A stretch of 64,000 nt of DNA from assembly GCA_000182565.2 (NCBI GenBank), contig KQ257457.1; one strand, given 5' to 3'. Position 1 is the stretch's first letter, and each line of letters opens with the position of its first letter. Below are positions 38,672 through 49,123 of the stretch, one piece after another. The stretch comes from Spizellomyces punctatus DAOM BR117. Its lineage: Eukaryota. A model generated the notes under the pieces. That model was not told where the DNA came from, made no database searches, and worked only from the letters and a program-made list of their open reading frames with translations. A program made the translations under genes and the position numbers.

Positions 38672-39915
38672 ATGCCAGTACAGACGTCTACTCTGGAAAC
38701 TTCGGCCTCTTTGTCGTCACTGAATGAGCCACCTCTACTATTTCCACATTCGGGCAAAGGTACCCCATTCATTATCGGAGTCGCAGGTGGTGGAAGCAGC
38801 GGTAAAAAGACCGTATGTCAAATGATAATGGACCGGCTTTTGGAGAAGGACAAGAGTGTGGGAGTAAAAGTGGTTATCATTAGGTATGCGGGCTGTCTGA
38901 CTGAGATTCTATTCGTATTTGGGGTTTTCAACCTGTTCACCGCACCATTCGATAGAATGGAGGATTTTTATCGGGAGCTAAATCGGGAGGAAATGGAGTT
39001 GGCAAAGTCCGGTGACTATAATTTCGGTGTGTCTGACATTCACTCTTGCAAATTGCCAGAACGCTTAGCTAACAAAGCATCCGCTCAACGTCCAAGATCA
39101 CCCAAATGCAGTAGACTTTGGTTTAATGGAAGAGTGTTTAGAGGACATTTTGCACGGACGTCCAGTGGACATTCCACTTTATGATTTTCAAAATCACATT
39201 CGGTGCGGTTTTGTGTGTTCAACGATTCTTACTGGAGATCTGACAAAAACGGGCCTTCATCAGGTTACCAGAGACAATGCACATTGAGCGACCGGATGTA
39301 GTCATCTTCTCAGGAATCTATATGCTGTACAAGCGACGTGTGCGGGACGTGCTAAATCTAAAGGTTGCAGATCTGGTGACCAACTTCTCACAGAATGGTG
39401 CATTACTCACAAATGTAAACTCCCTTCCTGTACAGGTGTTTGTGGATGTTGACAGTGACGTACGACTGGCACGACAAGGTGGAGTATGCAATGTTCAATT
39501 CTGCTACTATAGATATTGTAGAGGCTTACACTTGATTGTCACCAGTTGTGCGCGACACTGAGGAGCGCTATCACAAACCGCTGGAGCAAGTACTACAGTA
39601 TTACGTGAAACATGTGAAGCCCTCCTTTGAGGATTTCATCCTTCCGGTAAGATCTTTATAACTACTGACTGGGGCAGACGCGAAAGTCGAACTAATCCCG
39701 CGCAGTCCAAAAAGTTTGCCGACGTCATCATCCCCCGTGGCCAGGAGAATACAGTGGCCATTGACCTCTTGACACAGCACATTGTCGATATCCTGGATGA
39801 GCGTGCATCACAAGCGAAGCAGACGCTGGAGGCCGCAGTTGAAGTGCGAACATCTACAACATCATTGGCCACACAAGTCGGGAATGTGGACAAATTTGGA
39901 TCTTTGCCCCAGTAG
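38672..39915 (+). CDS. Uridine-cytidine kinase-like protein (multi-exon)
   Basis: [70 protein letters not shown]. Confidence 0.85.
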
Positions 39916-40021
39916 GCTATACAGATGGTTAAGCAAGAAGGACGTACTATGTCATAGATTCAATGCAATTAGCCAATTTACTATCAATATGTACAGGAAG
40001 AATACGCAAATAAAATTAGAA

Positions 40022-41635
40022 TCAGATAGTGATCCCGTCGTTCCCCCCAGGATCCTCCAGCAACCGCACCTTCTTTGGTGGAGGATTTGCGGCACTTCCA
40101 TATATAGCAATCTCTTCACCCCAACCTGCTTGGCAATCCCACTCTGCAGTGATGTGTGCAGTGCCCCAGCCCTCTCCGTCGCTATCCCGAGAAGCCTTCC
40201 ATTTAGTGTCCTTCCAGGCGCTATCATCATCCCAGTCATCGTACGCAGGACTCCCGTAGCCCCAGTCTGCGTCCTCGGTTCCATCCTCCTCTGATTCATG
40301 TTCCTTCGGTATCTCAAAGAGGATCACCACTTTTCTTTCTTCATCATTCCAAATAAAACTCTCCTTGGCCGCCGACGACGTAAAGACCTCCTCAAGACGA
40401 CCCCGCGTCTTACATAATTGTCGTATTCGCAGTATGCTCCAATACCGTTCGAAAGGAAGACACCATGTCCCCACGGCAGGCCAAGAAAGCTTCGCAGCAA
40501 GTTGATCTCGTTTTGCATCTTCGATCATTGAATACCACTCGTTCCATATCAGTGGAAATGTTTTCTCCTTCAGTTCCTGGGTGATAGCCTCGCTACTAAA
40601 TCCGCTTTCGGTGAAGTAAGGGAATTCAATTTTTGCATAATGCTTGTATGGACTTTCCGAAAGGGCGGGACAGTCATCGAGACTACTGAGCGGCGAGTCA
40701 TAGTCGCAACGTTGACGAATGAAAATTGCCACTTGCGAACAGTGACCGACGGAGAGGTCGCCAGGTTTGGATGATAGGATACCAACTCCATCAAAGGAAA
40801 CGGTATAACCAAATTTCGTTGCGGCACTATTTGCCCTACCGCCATCTGTTAACACCTCATCAGATCTGCCATTGAGAGCGCAACGAACCAGCGTTGAAAT
40901 TCATCTCGTGTCCACTCAAACCGATGATCATAGTGACGGAAGCCTGCTTCCGGTGTACCCCATTTCAGATCCGGAAAGTTAACGTTGAAGTCGCCGTTTG
41001 GCGTAGTTACGACCATGATCCGCGGCCTGTAGCCCCCGAGCGTAACCGCGGGAAAGGCTGCCAATACAGGTGGGTCCAAGTGCTCGATTCTGTGAGAAAG
41101 TAAGATCAGAGTACATTGTTAAACTCAATTTCCTTAAGACAACTCACACTTCTACACTCGTAATCGCATCGAACCCGGTGAGACTCTTATCCAATTGATC
41201 AACCGAGCCTGAGCAGATGCAATGGATCTTAATAGGACATATTCAAAAACTATCGCAACTCCTCGAACGTAGTCGCACCCTCGTATAAATTGAACTCTAC
41301 GGGAAGCTCTCTAAGGTACTGCCTGTCATAGTCGGTAGGCGCACAATTAACAGAAGCGTAACGGAGGGATTCCCCGTCAATGTCAACCCCAGCCAGTTTA
41401 CTGAATGTAGGGTCATTGAGAAGGATTTCGAGAAGCGCCCCTTCTCCACACCCAAGATCTAGGACCTGGGTCAATGACAGTCAGCTGCCATTGAGGTGGA
41501 CAACTAGTAAATGAAAGCACGTACCGACTGCACTCCATTATTCTTCAATATATGTGAAACCAGTGCCCTCCTCTGAATCCATAGGGGTGGAGAGAATAGT
41601 TGAGCGCCGTCACATCCATCTCTGGAGGAGGCCAT
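40022..41635 (-). CDS. HEN1: HEN1 small-RNA 2'-O-methyltransferase (multi-exon)
   Basis: Exon 1 MASSRDGCDGAQLFSPPLWIQRR (FxPP motif); VLDLGCGEG; EV|IEHL; VTTPN; FRHYDHRFEWTRDEFQRW. Confidence 0.9.
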
Positions 41636-41736
41636 TTGAGAGCCGAAAGCTTGGACTGGAAAAATGTAGTACACCAGGTGGCTGGTAAATCAATTAACTT
41701 GTCATCACCGACAGTGCAGATTTTGCAGCAGCGATA

Positions 41737-41826
41737 TCTAATATGACTCTTTAGTGCGGAGCCGATGGGTATTGGCACTAGCACCCGCACCAGGGATTGA
41801 ACCGGCGACAACCGGTTCGGAAAAGG
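41737..41826 (-). ncRNA. Putative Fanzor omega-RNA: ~75-nt scaffold (41826-41752) plus ~15-nt flank-derived guide AAGAGTCATATTAGA
   Basis: Starts ~14 nt after the Fanzor stop. TTTTCCGAACCGGTTGTCGCCGGTTCAATCCCTGGTGCGGGTGCTAGTGCCAATACCCATCGGCTCCGCACTA contains stems GAACCGG/CCGGTTC and TGGTGCGG/CCGCACTA. It resembles the SpuFz1 omega-RNA as I recall it. Confidence 0.8.
41741..41753 (+). repeat. 13-bp direct repeat copy 1 (ATATGACTCTTTA), right junction of the Fanzor element
   Basis: Identical to 43714-43726. Confidence 0.9.
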
Positions 41827-43713
41827 TAATCTAACTAATCTACGCTACGGCTGGAACACCCCTGCTGAACACTTTTGGTCTACCGTGTCCATCCAACATT
41901 GATTGCACGATTGTCAGCATATTACAGGTTGCCAGCATATCTCGGTTCCAGTAGCGCATCGTCCAGGCTTGCTGCAAACAGTTAGGGTTGGTACAACCCA
42001 GCAATCCGTGGACTTTTTCCATCTTGCCTTCGCGACGGCGCCAAGGTCTTGAATGAGGTCGTTCTTTGAATTCTTTCTCGACAAACTCAGAGGATGAACA
42101 GCGAGGGCAAACAGATGAGGTCTTGTGTTCATCAAGAAGAAAACAATCAATGCGGTTGCGCTTAAAGAGGGTGCGCCAGCCTTTTGTCTTGGATGAGGTC
42201 TGAAATCTCGCAGTTCTACCGGCATCGCTCCAATCTCCCATCATAATGGTAAAGTTCCCAAACTTGTTGCGCAAGTTGGATATGAGGTTCGATTCACTCT
42301 TCTGACGGTTTATAAATGCATGCCACTTCCACCGTGTGTGGGCAGGGTGGGAGTAGAATTCCTTGCGACGATCCGAATCTGCGCGACGAACGAGAAGGTA
42401 GCGAGTAAAGTCCATGAGGTTCATCGTCTTGTGGCTTGGGATACGTGATTCTATGAGGTCAATGCCGCCGGTTTTCATCCGCTGCCGTTCTTTTGCAAAT
42501 CGACGGCTTCCAGTCTCCTTGCAGCGTTGATTGGCGGTGTAACGGAAGATGGTGCCCTTGTTGTCTTGGCAGTAGAGAATGTCGCGCTTGTTTGGATCGA
42601 TAACGACAATGTTCTCTTGACAAGCAGATAAGTTGTTTTCCACATACAGCGCCTTCACCTCAGCTGCTAGAGCCTTTGCTGACTTTTTCCCTCTGCCGCT
42701 GCGCTTTCCATACTTGTCAGCTTCAGGATGTTTCAAGTAAACTGACACCGAGGTTCCGTCCGTCGTGATCGAGCCTTCAAAACACATTCCACGACGAGAT
42801 CTAAAAGCCTTGTTCTGCAGATTACAGACGCGCAACCATAAATCGACCTTTTCGACAGTTTCCGCTTCTCGTCGCGTGATGCAAAGAAGGTGAGAGTAGA
42901 GGATGATGGTGTCGATTCGCACGTGACTTTGAATGAGCGAGCGACGAAGAGGTATGGCGCTAAACCGTCGAAATCCGTGATGCTCATAGAGTCGGGAGAG
43001 TTTGCAGTATGCAGGAAAGAAGGCGAGAGGGTCTACAGCAACCGAATATGCGAGTGGCTGGTCGTCAGAAAGGGGAATGCTAAGGGACCAAATCTCTTCT
43101 AGAAGTTCACTCTCTTCAGCAGTCAAGTCATCGAGCGACTCAGGCACGATATCAAAAAGGAAAATTGACTTCAAGTAGCGAAGACGAGCAAAGAAAGCGT
43201 TTCGCGCATCGCTTTTCAGTGGCAGTCGCTGCTTCTGTCTCTTCACATCAAGCCGCAGATTAATGTACCGGAGCAGCATCATCATGAAGTGTTCCTGGAC
43301 ATTGACCTTCAGATTCGTCATCATACTCGCTGTCAGATAATTGACTGATTGCTGCTCTTTTTGTACATTTGGATGAACGAAGCCGACGATGTTGCAGTAC
43401 CGTTGGATGTATGGCAACAAGGATTCGCGTAACGCCTTCTTCGCACCGGTTTTTGGTTGCCATGATTCACCTTTGTTGAGAAGATAGAGGATGGCTTCAA
43501 TTGTCTCTTGATTTACTGTGGGAAAGGTTGGTGCAGATAGGATGTAGAATTTGAGAGCGTGGGAAGCGTGGTCAGCAATTTGATGGATGATGGCAATGTA
43601 ATCTAGAAGACGCTGCCGGTAGGTCTCATTAGGCAAGAAAGCCTTTCCAAAGGACGTTTTGTTACAGGTATGTAAGGTGGGTTTGTCGAGTTTTTCGAGT
43701 TTTAAGGAAAAGC
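41752..43713 (-). mobile_element. Fanzor1 element (Spu-1-like), apparently left-end truncated, no transposase
   Basis: Intronless Fanzor ORF plus structured right end ending in TA; bounded by a direct repeat; interrupts a compact HEN1/AASDH divergent pair. Confidence 0.85.
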
Positions 43714-43723
43714 ATATGACTCT
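41840..43723 (-). CDS. Fz1: Fanzor1 RNA-guided DNA endonuclease (TnpB/Cas12 family); frame open for 627 codons but no in-frame ATG at the 5' end
   Basis: SITTDGTSVSV; RuvC-I VVIDPNKRD; MGDWS; RuvC-II LLDEHKTSSVCPRC; CTNPNC; RuvC-III WNRDMLATCNM. Upstream of 43636 the frame reads ...KLEKLDKPTLHTCNKTSFGKAFLPNETY. It closely resembles Spizellomyces SpuFz1 as I recall it. Confidence 0.93.
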   Translation of the reverse strand, partial: RVICFSLKLEKLDKPTLHTCNKTSFGKAFLPNETYRQRLLDYIAIIHQIADHASHALKFYILSAPTFPTVNQETIEAILYLLNKGESWQPKTGAKKALRESLLPYIQRYCNIVGFVHPNVQKEQQSVNYLTASMMTNLKVNVQEHFMMMLLRYINLRLDVKRQKQRLPLKSDARNAFFARLRYLKSIFLFDIVPESLDDLTAEESELLEEIWSLSIPLSDDQPLAYSVAVDPLAFFPAYCKLSRLYEHHGFRRFSAIPLRRSLIQSHVRIDTIILYSHLLCITRREAETVEKVDLWLRVCNLQNKAFRSRRGMCFEGSITTDGTSVSVYLKHPEADKYGKRSGRGKKSAKALAAEVKALYVENNLSACQENIVVIDPNKRDILYCQDNKGTIFRYTANQRCKETGSRRFAKERQRMKTGGIDLIESRIPSHKTMNLMDFTRYLLVRRADSDRRKEFYSHPAHTRWKWHAFINRQKSESNLISNLRNKFGNFTIMMGDWSDAGRTARFQTSSKTKGWRTLFKRNRIDCFLLDEHKTSSVCPRCSSSEFVEKEFKERPHSRPWRRREGKMEKVHGLLGCTNPNCLQQAWTMRYWNRDMLATCNMLTIVQSMLDGHGRPKVFSRGVPAVA

Positions 43724-43728
43724 TTATG
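43714..43728 (+). repeat. 13-bp direct repeat copy 2 (43714-43726) overlapping a minus-strand CATA (43728-43725)
   Basis: Minus strand reads CATA-AAGAGTCATAT-gcttttcc. Confidence 0.9.
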
Positions 43729-46700
43729 CAAAAATATTAACAAATGCGGGAATATGTCCGAATAATGTAGCGGTTATTGCGGAAGAAGAGACTACTGGCG
43801 ATGCACATCAGCGGCTTGTCAAGCTTACCTACCGGGATGTTGTCTCACAAGTTGAACAATTATCGTTAGAATTCAAGCGGTTTGGGGTGAGTGGACCAGA
43901 GACTGACGAGGGGCGACATTAAAATAACAGAACATCCAGATTCAACGCTTCAGCTATGTCGCAACGATAATGAGCAGCTCCTACTCACTTGTCATCACGC
44001 TATTAAGGTAAGCCTGGGCGGTCCTCTTCGTCAACTTGGTGGCAAAAATCCCTTATTCGTGCAGTCTTTTCCAGCTGGGTGCTACGTATTTCCCTTTATC
44101 TGCACACACTCGCTCGCTAATTCATAGCGCGGCTACGATACAACGGATGCCCAAGTTACGATATGTACTATGTAAACGTTCCACGGCGGAAGTAAGTCTT
44201 GATTGATCCTCATCGATTCGGCAAGTGTTTGATGTTGGCGTAGAGGGTCCCCAAGGAAATCGAGCGAGTACGCATTGAAAACGTCTTCTCACTTCCTGGA
44301 TACTGCCTTTTGGTGCGAGATGAAGTGATCAAAGGTACAGGAGTTCTCGAGTGTATTACTTGGGATCTAAAGTTTAATGAGCCTATTGGGCCAGACCATG
44401 AGGAAGCCTTTGAGTCAGTAAATCTCGCCTACATCATCCAAACTTCCGGAACTACCAGGAATGGAAGAGGCATGCCAGTTCGGGTGCCACATAAGTGTAT
44501 TGCCGGAAATATAACCGCCATAGGGTGCGTGCGATAGATCCGCGATTATCTGCCGAACGTATAGGACTAAATTCCTCATCAGCAAGCGTCTAAACGGAAA
44601 CTCTACTCCTATTGTGACCTTGCAAGTTTCCGCCCCGACGTTTGACCCATCTTTGGTAGAAATGCTACTTCCCTTAACCACGAAAGGCACCATTGTCATT
44701 CCTCTCCACGACACACTCTTGAATCCGCCAATGCTGTTCGATATGATTCGAAGAACTGCAGTGACCCATCTGTTCATGACTCCGTCGCTATTCATGCAAT
44801 TTGATTCGGCAGACCAATCAAAATTGCTGGCGGCTGAGACGACTGTCCGCGACATCATTCTTGGGGGAGAGCCATTCCCAATTAGTTTAGTGAACGAGCG
44901 AAGATCTTCACTGGTGAATTTGTGGAATATATATGGCACTACGGAGTGCTCCGTCTGGGCGACTTTACAAAAGGTCGATAAAACGCCGGTCAGCATTGGA
45001 GAGGCTTTAGACGATACAGAAATATGTGTGCCAAACATGCAGAGGAACACTGGCGAATTATGGATTGGAGGACCGAAGCGGATATGTTATGTAGGAGACG
45101 AAGTCAAAGGGGAAAGGTAGGACGCCAAAGCTACTTCGTTGATTCCAACATCTTACACGGAGCAGCCTTAGGCCTACTGGTGACCTTGTTCACATTGATT
45201 CTCTTACGAATGTAATGACCTATATGGGGCGAACGAGCAATTCAATTAAACGGCTAGGTTACCGAATAAATCTGGAAGTTATTGCAGGAGCGATTGATGT
45301 TGTTCCGGGGGTAGTTCGCAGCGAGTGAGTACCTGCTTCATCACACATTTTCAGAATATACTTAACCTTTGTAATGAATAGGGCCATCTATGTGGACCGT
45401 ACCCGGAGCTTTTGTCCTACTACTCTTGTAGCATTTGTGGTAGCCCAGTGCAGAGACCGGAACCCAGTGCAATTGAGACATGCTATTGGCCAGCTGCTCG
45501 AAAAAACCCTTCCTTTCTATGCGCGACCGGATTATGTATTTTTTATAGATGACATTCCCATGACCCACCATGGCAAGGTTCGTTGAGTCTCATTCGCTCT
45601 CAGTGTCGAATCAACTTACCAATCAGAAGCATAGACGGATAGGACTGCTCTTTTGAGGATCTGGGAGGACAGAAGGAGGGTAGTTCACGAGTCTGGTCCA
45701 AGTCAATCATTGTCCAGGACCGATGTAGAGCGTCACGTACTCACCACACTAGCAAACCAAGTACCCTCGAGCCCTCAAGGTCGCGATTGGTGGTTTTTGT
45801 CCGAAGGAGGAACTAGTATTGATGCAGCAAAAGTCACTGAGGACCTACTTCGCTGGATAGGTACCTCTTCGTTGAGCACCTGATACAGAAACAGCGTGTC
45901 TAATACTTTCCATCAGCACTATCAGCAGCAAAGAGAAATAAGCCCGATGTGGAGCTGGACATGATTCGTCCAATCCTCCTTACTCGCATTCTCCACAATG
46001 CGGCCAGCGAGGTGGTAGCATATGTTACTCAACTGCTGAATTCTGACGAACCTCTGTCATCCACCGTTCGAAAACGATCTCGCCCTTCTTCTGTAGGGGA
46101 TTCAATCACCTCATGCAGACAGCGTCAGTGTCTGGATGAGAGCGAAGATCGCGCTGGCATTCTCATCGTACGTCGTACAATGGAGGCTACAACACGCTCT
46201 CATGAACATCATGATCGACATCGAGAACTCCAGAAAAAACTCAAGCTTAGAGTTCAGTGGAAGGTCAATCTAGAGAAATGCGTGGATGCCTCCCCAGTTT
46301 TACTGATCAAAGCCGAGGATGAGCGGTTAGTGTGTTTCTGGTCTTCACTTCCTCCGAAATCATCTGATCTATCGCCGCTGTTCCAGGCAGGTTCTCATGA
46401 CTTATATCGGTTCCCATGCCGGTATTTTCAGTGCGATCGACGTGCTCACCGGAACATTGATTTGGCAAGCGCAAATACGAGGCAGGATTGAGAGTAGTGC
46501 GTGCGTCACACGTGATGGAAAGGTGGTTGTTGTCGGTAAGTCTTGCTTGCGAGGCCGTTCCAGCTAGGTGTCTAGTGGTAAATGTTTAGAGATAGGGTCC
46601 TACGATTTCCGAGTGTATGCTTTCAGTACGACGTCAGGAGCCATTATCGGGACTTATGCCACGGACGGTGAAGTCAAGAGTTCGCCTGTAACTGATAAAT

Positions 46701-47539
46701 GGAACCATATTTGGGTTGGGTCTCATGATGGCAACGTGTATTGTCTTCAAGTCAGTCCAGAGTCTGATGGACTAGTTTGTTTGTGGAAATATAGTATGGA
46801 TGCAGGTGTATTTGCGTCCTGTGTAGCCGACGACGCCAGAAGGTGCGAGCAGTTGGCGCTATGTGATCTGGCATACAATACTGATTTCCCGTAGCCGAAT
46901 ATTCGCATGCGCGCTTGGAGGCAAACTTGTATGCATCACAACATCATACTCGTCTGAGCCGACAGTCTCGTGGATCAGTAACAGCCCTACGAACAAACCG
47001 TTCTTCTCATCGCCGTCCATTGATCCTAAATCTGGAAATGTTATAGTCGGCTGTGTTGATGGAAGCATTTATTGTTTCGAAGAAGACGGTGGCAACTTGG
47101 TAAGTTGAATCAGTCAACATATCATGTGCGTTCAGCTTCATACCTAACACATGCCAACGCGCCGTAGGTTTGGAGTCACTCTACCGCTGGACCTGTCTTC
47201 TCGTCTCCATGCGTTAGCTCGTTGCTGGATGTACTTTTCATCGGTTCGCATGGATGTACGGTGACATGTCTAAACCTGACAACGGGTTTACCCCAATGGC
47301 AAGAACCTCTCCGCACTCCAGCGGCTGTATACGCTAGCCCGTTCTTATCATATGACGGAGTTGTAGTAGCCAGCATAGATGGTTGGATAGGAATTGTGAA
47401 TCCCCTAACGGGCAAACTGATTGCTGAGCATATGATTGGTGGAGGCGAGGGTATTTTTTCGAGCCCTGTATGCTACGAAAAGTGGATTGTGGTGGGAGCA
47501 AGAAACAACTTTGTATATGGAATATCGATTGACTCATAG
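43716..47539 (+). CDS. AASDH: AASDH/ACSF4-like beta-alanine-activating enzyme (adenylation + carrier + PQQ-repeat domains)
   Basis: AYIIQTSGTT, TFDPS, GGEP, NIYGTTE, TGDLV, IPMTHHGK, GGTSIDA (Ppant Ser), KCVDASP and repeated FSSP/IGSH PQQ blades. Confidence 0.88.
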
Positions 47540-47854
47540 TACAACATATCGGTAGTTGCGGGACTATTTTGATGAAGCTGTGCGTATGCAGCTGATATAT
47601 TACCAACGTCCTTGGATGTGAAGACAAGCCAACAAGGGTAAAGCACCGGACTATCTATGATGTCGCTAAATACCTGGTTCAGCAGACCGTTCAGGCGCAG
47701 GCGACATCGGCATTAGCGCTGGCAACGCGGACTCGTCGTGGATGCACCTAACCACAACCGATTGTAGCATAAAAAGAACTATCAGAATGTATTTGCGTAC
47801 TCTTCCTCGTTTCCAACATAGACAAACTGGGCTAAGGTATTCCACGAGCCTCAA

Positions 47855-49123
47855 TTAATTTTCACTGAAAGCGTATTTGGGGTTTAGGGCCCTTTTTTCT
47901 TCCTAGATAATTATAAGATAGGGACTGTCAAAAAAAGGGTATGTGGAGTAGCTAGGATTGCATACCACATACCACTGAAACATCGTTATCCGAGTACACC
48001 ATATAGATCGAGGCAGATCCAGCCTTACTCGTACTCATAGATGGTGTCACAGGGGATTCAGGTCCCGACACGGGAGGTGGGATAGTAGGTCCAGTAACAG
48101 CAGCAACTTCAGGGACAGCAGGTATGGCATCGCTGTAGCTTACTGCACCTGCCGGGGGTTCGCTGTATGCAGGTTGAGTCGGCGGAGGAGGCATAGGATG
48201 CATTGGTGGAGGCGGTGTCGGTCCTGCTGGTCTTGGGGGAAGCGGGGTTCCACCGACCGGCATAGGTGGCCGGGGTGGGCCCCAGTGCGGCCCCGGAGCA
48301 CCAAATGGAGGAGCACCGTACTGTGGTATACCTGCAGGAGGCATTCTATCCAAGAGGCGTCAGCACTAAGCGCATAATTATGACGAGAAGTTATTTATGA
48401 TAATTTACCCAGGTCGCGGGGAATATGGATAACCTCCACCCGGTGGCATGTAAGGTGCCGGTGGTGGCATACCGTAAGGCCCCGGCATTCCGTAAGGTGG
48501 CCCCCCGGCTTGGACGTGATATCCTGGAGCTGGTCCTGGAAATGGTCCCGCAGGAGGGGCGCCATACGGCGCAGGTGCCGGCGCTCCGTATGGTGCCATC
48601 TGCTGCTGTTGCTTGAAGGCCTCCATTTGCTGCTTGATTTGATCCGGCGTTAGCGCACTGACGTCTATCTTCGCTCGCTTGTTGCGCTGTCCGCCTCCTG
48701 ATACTTTGTCGTAGTGAGCTTGTAAATCTGCTTCTGGCACACCTTCCATTCCGAAAATTTCGATGTCTGTTGATTCTCGGCCAGGTAGAGCATTTGACAC
48801 ACTGAGAAGGAAACACCAAATAAGCAGCCGTTGAGCCTGTAGACTACCTGTCACAGAAAAACATACGTCATGCACTTCATTTTGTGAACCTGATCCATAT
48901 GCACCACCATTCCTCCTGCTGTGTTGAGCTTTTTGCCACACTCGGTACACTTGAAGTGCTTAATCCGCTGATGATCAAATAGGACCTTCTCATCCTCAAA
49001 TTCTCTATCGCAGTACCAGCACCAAGGCTTGAGTTCCTTTCTCTTTTTCTATGGAAAGGGGACACGTTACGTTGGTCAACCTTGCATAGCTGTTTGCAAG
49101 CTCGAACGAGTTACCTTGCCCAT
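47855..49123 (-). CDS. ZNF207: ZNF207/BuGZ-like zinc-finger protein
   Basis: [16 protein letters not shown]...[41 protein letters not shown], Pro-rich middle, [10 protein letters not shown]. Confidence 0.88.

Noticed and set aside
41782-41854. Functional tRNA-Arg(CCG) gene
   Set aside because: Acceptor, D and anticodon stems do not pair properly; kept only as a tRNA-like/promoter hypothesis.
43636-43636. ORF-track start MPNETY for Fanzor
   Set aside because: The codon is TTG; the frame continues upstream with Fanzor-like sequence.
41700-43760. CRISPR array or transposase next to the Cas12-like ORF
   Set aside because: No repeat-spacer array and no transposase ORF; only one omega-RNA-like end and one direct repeat pair.
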